A stretch of DNA of 62,799 bases, counting the filler, from Desulfonatronovibrionaceae bacterium (GTDB lineage Bacteria > Desulfobacterota > Desulfovibrionia > Desulfovibrionales > Desulfonatronovibrionaceae), in the NCBI GenBank assembly GCA_046539845.1. It is 4 parts of 4 records of this genome, joined end to end, with 100 filler letters (N's around TTAATTAATTAA, not from the genome) between each part and the next. Parts side by side here need not be neighbours in the genome. Positions count along the whole stretch, not along the records: positions 37,382 to 55,876 come from JBKHGE010000041.1; positions 55,977 to 62,799 come from JBKHGE010000064.1; 2 more parts are not named here. The stretch is one strand, 5' to 3'. The notes below the pieces were generated by a model. That model was not told where the DNA came from. It was given only the letters and a program-made list of their open reading frames with translations, and searched no databases. Within the stretch, counting starts at the first letter, position 1. Every line of letters begins with the position of its first letter. Positions 48,880 to 55,977 of the stretch are shown piece after piece. A program made the position numbers and the translations under genes.

Positions 48880-50031
48880 TCAGTTCTTTTTCAACCCTTT
48901 TTTAAGCTCCATGATCCGGGCATAGGATTCATGGATGGTTTGGGCCGGGATCTCCCCCTTTTCCACCAGCTTCAAAATTGTATCCCGGGCCCGAGCCGCG
49001 ATGTCCTCTTCATAGACCAGATTGTTGCCGAAAACGATTATGTCCGTCCCGGCCAGAACAGTTCTCTTGAGCGCGGTCTGCAGGCTGTAGTTATCCCGGA
49101 TGGCACCCATCTGCATATCATCGGATATTATCACCCCGTCAAAACCCATCTCTTGGCGCAAAAGACCATGCAGAACCTTTTGGGACAAAGTGGCCGGCCA
49201 GACCGGATCCAAATCGGAGTTAAACACGTGCGCGGTCATGACCATATCCACCCCCGGGGACTTAAAAAGGGCTGCATAGGGCTCAAGCTCAACCTCTCTC
49301 CAGGTCGCACTCACATCGGTGAATCCGTGATGGGAGTCCGTGGTAGAGCTGCCGTGTCCCGGGAAGTGCTTCAGGGCGGTGAGAACATTTTTTTGTCGGT
49401 GGCTCTTTATCACCTCCCGGGCGTGGGCAGCCACCTTTTCCGAATCCGAGGAAAAGCTGCGCTCCAGCCGGCCGATAACCGGGTTGTCCGGATTTATGTC
49501 CACATCCACCACCGGGGCCAGATTCACGTTGATACCCAGTTCGGCCAGTGTGGACGCGGTTTTGGAGGCCTGCTTTGAGGTAAGCTTGAGATCGTTTTTT
49601 TCTCCCAGCCGGGCCTGGGACACTGTGGGCGGGAAACCGTGTTTTTCCTTGAGCCGGGCCACCTTGCCCCCCTCCTGATCCACGGCCACCAAAAGGGGGC
49701 TGTCGGTCGCGGCCTGCAGCTTGCAGACCAGATCTTTCAGCTGCTGCAGGGAGCGGATATTGCGCTGCGGGCTTTTCCGGGCCACATCATAATCAAAAAG
49801 GACCACCCCTCCAATGCGGCCGTTTTTTATGTCCCGGATCACCGGACTGTCTTCGTCCACTTCCAGGCCGCGGAAGCCGATCATAAGCATTTGCCCCACC
49901 TGGCGGGCCAGATCCTCTTGGCTCCCGTTCTGCCCGGCCGAGCCGGTTAGGGGTGAAAAAAGCGCTGCAACCAGAAAAATAAGCACCGCTCCCGATCTGG
50001 GAAAAAAATTTATCCTGCGTATTTTAAGCAA
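48880..50031 (-). CDS. Secreted glycoside hydrolase family 3 (beta-N-acetylhexosaminidase-like)
   Basis: DQEGGKVARL, APVVD, KHFPGHGS...DSH, MTAH, SDDMQM. TTG start at 50031 after GGAGGA, followed by a signal peptide. Confidence 0.9.
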   Translation of the reverse strand: MLKIRRINFFPRSGAVLIFLVAALFSPLTGSAGQNGSQEDLARQVGQMLMIGFRGLEVDEDSPVIRDIKNGRIGGVVLFDYDVARKSPQRNIRSLQQLKDLVCKLQAATDSPLLVAVDQEGGKVARLKEKHGFPPTVSQARLGEKNDLKLTSKQASKTASTLAELGINVNLAPVVDVDINPDNPVIGRLERSFSSDSEKVAAHAREVIKSHRQKNVLTALKHFPGHGSSTTDSHHGFTDVSATWREVELEPYAALFKSPGVDMVMTAHVFNSDLDPVWPATLSQKVLHGLLRQEMGFDGVIISDDMQMGAIRDNYSLQTALKRTVLAGTDIIVFGNNLVYEEDIAARARDTILKLVEKGEIPAQTIHESYARIMELKKGLKKN

Positions 50032-50433
50032 TTGTCCTCCCCTCCCCGGGCCAAACGCCCATTTTAAGCTTTTTTGGTTTAAGCTCGCGCAGCCGGCAAG
50101 AGGCTTAAATCCCATGGATTTAACCACCTCCGGCCTGGTGGTGAAGAAATTTATTCCCCTCCGTCACTTAGGCTTCTGAGTGTCGGAAAGACCTGCTCAA
50201 GCCGCCGAGTCCGCGGAGAAAAAGGTCTTCATGTATTCTCCGGATCGGGGAATGCATGAAAAGGTTCTTTAATCATATACCACTACACTTTAGCAACAAG
50301 CATCCCCGCTTGCAATAAGCGCCCGAAAAATTTAATCGGTCAATTGAACTTGCCCGGGGAAGGTTCCTGGACAAAAAAAATGGCTTTTTACGCCAAGGCA
50401 ATCTGGGAAACACTCTAGCCCAAGGGAGGTATA

Positions 50434-50961
50434 ATGCCCGGACAGAATCTGGATAAATTGAGCGCTGAGGAATTAAAGGAACTTGTCCGCTCACTTCTTT
50501 GGCAGCTCAGGCTTACTGACGCCTTCTGGTTCATCTTTACCGAGAACCGCTTCGAATTGGCCGCTGCCGAAGACCTAAACGCCGAAGTCTGGGCCAAGGT
50601 GGGCAAGCTCGCGGCCCGGGACATAAAAAAGCGCTTCAACATTCAAAAAACAGGCTTTGACGGCTTTTTGCAGGCCTTTGACCTCTTCGCCTGGACCATG
50701 ATGGTCGACTACCGCCTGGAGCGCTCTGCCGGGGAACTGATTTTAAGCGTTCCTTCCTGTCCAGCCCAGGAGGGGCGCAAAAAGCACGGCCTGGGCGAAT
50801 ACAAATGCAAGACCATGCACCACGACGAATTCTCTGCCTTTGCCCAGGAGATCGATCCCCGGATAAGAGTGCAATGCGTCTTTGCCCCGCCGGACTCCCA
50901 TCCGGAGGATATGTACTGCAAATGGCGGTTCACTATTACTCCGGCAGAGGACGGTACTTAA
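50434..50961 (+). CDS. DUF6125-like protein (V4R-like, four conserved Cys)
   Basis: DAFWF, CPAQEGRKKHGLGEYKC, IDPRIRVQCVFAPPD.HP..YCKWRF. GGAGG RBS. Confidence 0.7.
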   Translation: MPGQNLDKLSAEELKELVRSLLWQLRLTDAFWFIFTENRFELAAAEDLNAEVWAKVGKLAARDIKKRFNIQKTGFDGFLQAFDLFAWTMMVDYRLERSAGELILSVPSCPAQEGRKKHGLGEYKCKTMHHDEFSAFAQEIDPRIRVQCVFAPPDSHPEDMYCKWRFTITPAEDGT

Positions 50962-51424
50962 AAGCTTCTTCCAATTCATTCAGACGGAAGAAGGTCTAGC
51001 ACTTGCCCCTCTAACCCCGGTCATCCGTTTCCACTGCTCGCAAATCAGGGATTAAAATTCCCTGGAGTACAAGACTGTTATATCCAATGGATTGGACTGG
51101 GAACAAGTAAACTAAAAACGATTGCCGGCAATGATACACTTCGCATTACCGGACACGGCAGCTTATAAATGGTATGTCATCCGAATCCGGAGCAGGACGG
51201 GAACACTCCGGGACTGAATCGGGGAGGACATGGAAGCCTGCCGGGCTGATGTAGCGCAGAAGACCTTTCGGGGTCCTCGAGGTTGGATGTGGACTTCATC
51301 CGCCATAGACTTGGTCCACTACTCTGGCCGGAGGGGGACATGTCTTAAACAGCCCGGGACTTGTGCCGCACCCCAAAAAGGGCCATCCAGGCCTTGAGAC
51401 GATCCGCAGGCTCCGGGATTTCCT

Positions 51425-51457
51425 TTACCCAAAACAGGACCGGCGAGTTAGGGGTAA
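51425..51457 (+). repeat. 33-bp REP-like palindrome, copy 1
   Basis: TTACCCAAAACAGGACCGGCGAGTTAGGGGTAA, abutting the RAYT stop codon. Confidence 0.85.
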
Positions 51458-52372
51458 TTATGAACGTAAAAGATTGTACACGGTCTTACGGGAGATTTTC
51501 AGCCGCGCGGCTATATCGCTCCGGGTGAAGCCGCGGGCCAACAATTGTTGCAACACATATTGCTTGGCCTGCCTGGTTTCCGGGCCAACTGCCCTGGCGG
51601 TCGGGAACTGGGAGAAGAGCGTTTCAAGAGAAGGGGCAGCAGCCAGCGGCAAGGCGGCTTCGCGGTGTGCGGCACTTGCAGACTGCAAGCGCCTAAACAA
51701 TCCAGGGAATTTGGCGCCCAGGCTTTCACAGAATTTTTCAATCGCTTTCGGTTTCTCCTGGGCATTTTCCGGGATATCAGCATGCTCATGGCGCACAAGG
51801 CGGGCGTATTTTTGCCGCGCTTCGTCCGGGTCATCGTCTAGCAAGCTCAAAATCAACCCCGGTTCGAGAAAAGACTTTTGTCGCGGTTGTTCACAATACA
51901 AGGCCACAGAGCTCCAGGGATAGGAGGTAGCCGTTTCAGCCAATCCAGCCCGGACCGGATTAAGGTGGATATATACCGAGGCCGCGAGCAGATAATCGGG
52001 GGCCAGGCATAAGGCCTGGCGGTACCGCCCGCCAAAAAGATGTCCGCGGCGTTGGTATTTGCGGTTAAAGTACGCGGCATACCGGGTGAAGATGGAGTGC
52101 ATGGATTGAGCCAGATTGGCTCCCCGGGGCTTAAGCAGCAAATGCACGTGATTGGGCATCAGACAAAAAGCATAATACACAAGGTTAAACTTGGCTGCAT
52201 TTTCTTTTAAAAGCGCCAAAAAATGCAAGTTGTCGCCCCGCTCTAAAAACAACGGCTCCTTGCCTGCCGCACGTTGGGTAATATGCGAGACAAAACCCGG
52301 CTGGTCTACTTTGTACTTGGCCCGAAAAACCCTTTGTTTGTTTCCTATGGCCAGCACATCCTCTATCTCCAT
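51458..52372 (-). CDS. REP-associated tyrosine transposase (RAYT, Y1/HUH) with C-terminal helix-turn-helix
   Basis: SHITQR..KEPLF, FCLMPNHVHLL (HUH), YFNRKYQRRGHLFGGRY, YIHLNPVRAG (catalytic Tyr), YPWSS. C-terminal GFTRSDIAARLKISRKTVYNLL. ATG at 52372 after AGGAG. Confidence 0.88.
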   Translation of the reverse strand: MEIEDVLAIGNKQRVFRAKYKVDQPGFVSHITQRAAGKEPLFLERGDNLHFLALLKENAAKFNLVYYAFCLMPNHVHLLLKPRGANLAQSMHSIFTRYAAYFNRKYQRRGHLFGGRYRQALCLAPDYLLAASVYIHLNPVRAGLAETATSYPWSSVALYCEQPRQKSFLEPGLILSLLDDDPDEARQKYARLVRHEHADIPENAQEKPKAIEKFCESLGAKFPGLFRRLQSASAAHREAALPLAAAPSLETLFSQFPTARAVGPETRQAKQYVLQQLLARGFTRSDIAARLKISRKTVYNLLRS

Positions 52373-52382
52373 TCCAGAACTC

Positions 52383-52415
52383 CTTCCCAAAATGGGCCGG
52401 TCCTTTTTTGGGTAA
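52383..52415 (-). repeat. 33-bp REP-like palindrome, copy 2 (inverted)
   Basis: Reverse complement TTACCCAAAAAAGGACCGGCCCATTTTGGGAAG, 10 nt upstream of the RAYT start. Confidence 0.85.
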
Positions 52416-52572
52416 CAGGAGTCATCTCCTTGGGGCAACTTAAAATTTTCATGCACACCGACATCGACACTGCCGCCTCTGCAAGAGCCTGCGCCTACAC
52501 TTTGTAAGACAGGTCTTGGAAAGCCCACGGACCAGCGCATAACTAATAAACATAAATGTCCGGGGCTGTGAA

Positions 52573-52605
52573 TTACCCAAAAAAGGACCGGCGCTTAATG
52601 GGTAA
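52573..52605 (+). repeat. 33-bp REP-like palindrome, copy 3
   Basis: TTACCCAAAAAAGGACCGGCGCTTAATGGGTAA. Confidence 0.88.
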
Positions 52606-52715
52606 AATAACCTCAAAACATTAGCGTGGACCACACCTCGCAGACAACACCTTGCACGGGGCCGGTCAATGATTAAATGAAAGGAGGAATGGACATATAA
52701 TAAGTGAGAAAGAGC

Positions 52716-54173
52716 ATGTTTAAATTTGACAATACCTACGCACGCCTTCCAAAGGCATTTTATGCCCGGGCGACTTCGGCTCGGGTCCCCAAGCCGGAAC
52801 TCATCAAATTCAATAGCGATTTGGCCGGACAATTAGGGTCCCGGGATACGGGCCATTCGGAAACGCAGTTGGCGGAGTTTTTCAGCGGCCAGCGTTTACT
52901 CCCCGGTTCCGATCCCATTGCCATGGCCTATGCCGGCCATCAATTCGGCAGCTTCGTGCCCAAGCTCGGGGACGGCCGGGCGGTCTTGCTGGGAGAAGTG
53001 CTGGATCCATTCGGAAACCGGTTTGATATTCAACTCAAAGGCTCCGGTAGGACTCCCTATTCCAGAAACGGCGATGGAAAAGCTCACCTTGGCCCCGTGC
53101 TGCGGGAATACATTGTCAGCGAGGCCCTGCACAATCTTGGCTTGCCCACCACAAGGTCCCTGGCCGCGGTCAAGACCGGGGAGCCGGTACACCGGGAAAA
53201 AGCTCTTCCCGGGGCTATCTTGACCCGGGTGGCCTCTAGCCATGTCCGGGTGGGAACCTTTGAATACTTTGCCTACCAGCGGGACCTGGACAATCTCAGA
53301 CGGTTGACCGCCTACTCCATTAAAAGACATTATCCCGAGATTCAAAACGATTCTAAGACCTATCTGCACTTTTTCCGCAAGGTGGGAGAAGCCCAGGTGG
53401 AGCTGGTGACCGGCTGGATGGCTCTTGGCTTCATTCACGGGGTTATGAACACGGACAACATGTCCATAGCCGGAGAGTCCATCGACTTCGGGCCCTGCGC
53501 TTTCATGGACCAGTTCCGTTTTGATCAGGTCTTCAGCTCCATCGACCAGTTCGGCAGGTACTCATACTCCAACCAGGCCCGAATAACGCTCTGGAACCTG
53601 TCCAGACTCGGCAACTGCCTGCTTCTCCTGGACCAAAACGTATCAAAAAAAGAAGCCGGGGAGTGGAACCGGGAACTGGAAGCCCTTCACGCTTTTTTTG
53701 AGCAAAGGTATACAGAAAAGATGCTGGAAAAATTGGGCATATTTGATGGCCTACAGCCCCGCGACCGGGATCTCATCCAAAAATGGCTTCGGTATCTGGA
53801 AACCGAGAATCTCGATTATACCCTGAGTTTTCGCGCCCTAACCCTGCTGGTGGATCAGGATAATGGCTGTGAATCCTTTAAAAGTACCGAGGCTTTCCAG
53901 GATTTTTACCAGCTCTGGCAAGAACGGATTCACCAGCAGGGCCTGGAAACCAAGGCCGTACAAAAACGGATGAACCGGGTGAATCCGGTGTTTATCCCCA
54001 GAAACCACAAGATCGAAGAGGTCATTGAAGCGGGCCAAAGGGATGACTTCAATCCCTTTCATCAGATAAACAAGGTCCTGCGAAATCCCTTTCAAGAGCA
54101 GGAGAATTTCAGCAGCTACCAATCAGCTCCCAGGCCGGAGGAGACGGTCCGGGCCACGTTCTGCGGGACGTGA
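52716..54173 (+). CDS. selO: Protein adenylyltransferase SelO / YdiU family
   Basis: YAGHQFG, LGDGRA, IQLKGSG.TPYSR.GDG, REYIVSEA, GFIHGVMNTDNMS, IDFGP, IPRNH, C-terminal FCGT. Confidence 0.94.
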   Translation: MFKFDNTYARLPKAFYARATSARVPKPELIKFNSDLAGQLGSRDTGHSETQLAEFFSGQRLLPGSDPIAMAYAGHQFGSFVPKLGDGRAVLLGEVLDPFGNRFDIQLKGSGRTPYSRNGDGKAHLGPVLREYIVSEALHNLGLPTTRSLAAVKTGEPVHREKALPGAILTRVASSHVRVGTFEYFAYQRDLDNLRRLTAYSIKRHYPEIQNDSKTYLHFFRKVGEAQVELVTGWMALGFIHGVMNTDNMSIAGESIDFGPCAFMDQFRFDQVFSSIDQFGRYSYSNQARITLWNLSRLGNCLLLLDQNVSKKEAGEWNRELEALHAFFEQRYTEKMLEKLGIFDGLQPRDRDLIQKWLRYLETENLDYTLSFRALTLLVDQDNGCESFKSTEAFQDFYQLWQERIHQQGLETKAVQKRMNRVNPVFIPRNHKIEEVIEAGQRDDFNPFHQINKVLRNPFQEQENFSSYQSAPRPEETVRATFCGT

Positions 54174-54370
54174 AAAAATGAAAGGCCGCGGCAGGAGGGC
54201 GTAGGCTCCACCCGAAACTGGCTGCGTCCGAGCCCGCGCTTGGACTGTGTTCTCCAACACGTCGGCTGCGCTGAACAAGGGCTAAATTTTCGGGCTCTGC
54301 AGCAGGCCCCTGCCTGACCGGGCAACCTGCCCGCATTGCTAGCAGCCCTAAAAAGGAATAGAATCAAAAG

Positions 54371-55210
54371 ATGAACATCGGACAGATAAACACCTTTTCT
54401 GTGCTCAAACTCGTAGACTTCGGCGCATACCTAAACGGCGAAGAACTCGGCGAAATCCTCCTTCCCTCGCGGGATGTGCCTGCGGGCTGCCAAGCGGGTG
54501 ATCAGTTGCAGGCCTTTCTCTACAATGATTCCAGCGATCGCCTGATTGCCACAACCCAAATGCCCCTGGCCCAGGTTGGAGACCTGGTCCGGCTCCAGGT
54601 GGTTGATGTCAATCCGGTGGGGGCTTTCCTGGACTGGGGGCTGCCGAAGGATCTTCTTGTTCCCAAGAGCGAACAGCTGGAACCAATGCATAAGGGACTG
54701 AGTTACCTGGTCTATGTAACCCTGGATCCGTCTGGACGCCGAATTTTTGCCTCCACGAAGCTGGACCGATTCTTCAGTGCCCGCCAGGTTGATGTCCAGG
54801 AAGGAGAACAGGTGGATATGATCATTATCGACCGCTCCGAAATTGGTTACCGGGCGGTTGTGAACAAACTTTGCTTAGGGCTGCTCTATAAAAATGAAGT
54901 CTTTGAACCTATCGAAATCGGGCAGCGGATCAAGGGGTATGTCAAATCACTGCGAATGGATGGCAAAATCGATCTCAGCCTTCAGAAACCGGGCTACGAC
55001 AAGGTGCTCGAGGCCAAGGAAACCATTTTGCGTGTTCTGAAGCAAAATAACGGTGTTCTCCTGGTCACGGACAAGAGTTCCCCGGAGTGCATTCACGGCC
55101 TCTTCGGCTGCAGCAAGAAGACCTACAAACAGGCTGTTGGCGCCTTGTACAAAGCCCGGCGAGTCCGGATCGAGCCCGACGGCTTGTTTTTGACCCCAGA
55201 GGCTGATTAA
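54371..55210 (+). CDS. cvfB: CvfB family S1-domain RNA-binding protein
   Basis: FGAYL, FLYNDSSDRLIATT, GAFLDWGLPKDLLVP, DGKIDLSL, SKKTYKQAVGALYK. Confidence 0.9.
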   Translation: MNIGQINTFSVLKLVDFGAYLNGEELGEILLPSRDVPAGCQAGDQLQAFLYNDSSDRLIATTQMPLAQVGDLVRLQVVDVNPVGAFLDWGLPKDLLVPKSEQLEPMHKGLSYLVYVTLDPSGRRIFASTKLDRFFSARQVDVQEGEQVDMIIIDRSEIGYRAVVNKLCLGLLYKNEVFEPIEIGQRIKGYVKSLRMDGKIDLSLQKPGYDKVLEAKETILRVLKQNNGVLLVTDKSSPECIHGLFGCSKKTYKQAVGALYKARRVRIEPDGLFLTPEAD

Positions 55211-55323
55211 AATCGCTCCATCAGCTGGGGGATTTTAGACAGCCCGTTAAGTTTACTAACGACTAGCCACCCTCAACATGGACCAGGCTTTAGGCAACAA
55301 GCATAGATACCCGGACTTATGAA

Positions 55324-55356
55324 TTACCCAAAAATGGACCGGCGCATAATGGGTAG
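55324..55356 (+). repeat. 33-bp REP-like palindrome, copy 4
   Basis: TTACCCAAAAATGGACCGGCGCATAATGGGTAG. Confidence 0.88.
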
Positions 55357-55359
55357 AGG

Positions 55360-55545
55360 AAATGGCCCCACCGAGGCGACATGGAGTTCACGACGGATGA
55401 TGCCCTGCAGACAATGCGTACCCTTTCAAACTGGCTCTGCCGGCAGGGCGATAAGAAAAAGCCGTTTCGGATAATAGAAGACCCCACCCCGGACCAGACC
55501 GATATCCTGAAAATTTTTGGGTACAAAATGCAAAAAGGGGGTACT
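55360..55545 (+). pseudogene. Possible C-terminal fragment of a DDE transposase (IS1634/IS4-like)
   Basis: KWPHRGDMEFTTDDALQTMRTL...RIIEDPTPDQTDILKIFGY resembles, from memory, the PTPxQxxILxxFG tail of IS1634-like transposases. Begins right after REP copy 4. Confidence 0.35.
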
Positions 55546-55842
55546 ACAGGCCCTTTTATAATAATATCCTGTTATCTATAGTCTTTTTTGTAGATTTTAT
55601 TGGTAAGTCTGAAAGACAAGATATATCCCCTCTACTCTAATGGCCGGAAAAGTCGTGGTGAGAGGTGAGATTAAAACCGGCTTTTTTAGAGCCTAAATGC
55701 CCGGCCTAAGCACACATAAGGACCAGTTATGAAAATTTTATCTCATAATCCCGGAGGATTGGAATGGCCCGATCCGTAAATGGTATATTGTTTGCCTGAT
55801 ATATGAACAACTCGGTATGATCCAACCCGGAGCCACGGCCTG

Positions 55843-55875
55843 TTACCCAAAACAGGACCGGCGCATAATGGGTAA
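55843..55875 (+). repeat. 33-bp REP-like palindrome, copy 5 (at contig end)
   Basis: TTACCCAAAACAGGACCGGCGCATAATGGGTAA. The contig ends one base later. Confidence 0.88.
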
Positions 55876-55876
55876 G

Positions 55877-55976
55877 NNNNNNNNNNNNNNNNNNNNNNNN
55901 NNNNNNNNNNNNNNNNNNNNTTAATTAATTAANNNNNNNNNNNNNNNNNNNNNNNNNNNNNNNNNNNNNNNNNNNN
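55877..55976. other. Artificial contig linker
   Basis: N44-TTAATTAATTAA-N44. Confidence 0.98.
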
Positions 55977-55977
55977 G

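Noticed and set aside
50228..50260. Hairpin TTCATGTATTCTCCG-GAT-CGGGGAATGCATGAA between divergent genes
   Set aside because: A real stem, but single copy in this window with no assignable function.
52681..52700. AAGGAGG followed by the minigene ATG GAC ATA TAA upstream of selO
   Set aside because: SD-to-start spacing is only about 1 nt, too short to be functional. No other support.
51425..55875. The 33-bp repeats as a CRISPR array
   Set aside because: Spacing is irregular (about 0.16-2.7 kb), one copy is inverted, whole genes lie between copies, and there are no cas genes.
18670..55976. Three identical N44-TTAATTAATTAA-N44 blocks spaced about 18.6 kb apart
   Set aside because: Artificial linkers joining contigs apparently sorted by length (18512 and 18495 nt for the two complete ones). 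Not biological, and they rule out cross-contig links such as FmdE with thiolase or cbiR with cobT.
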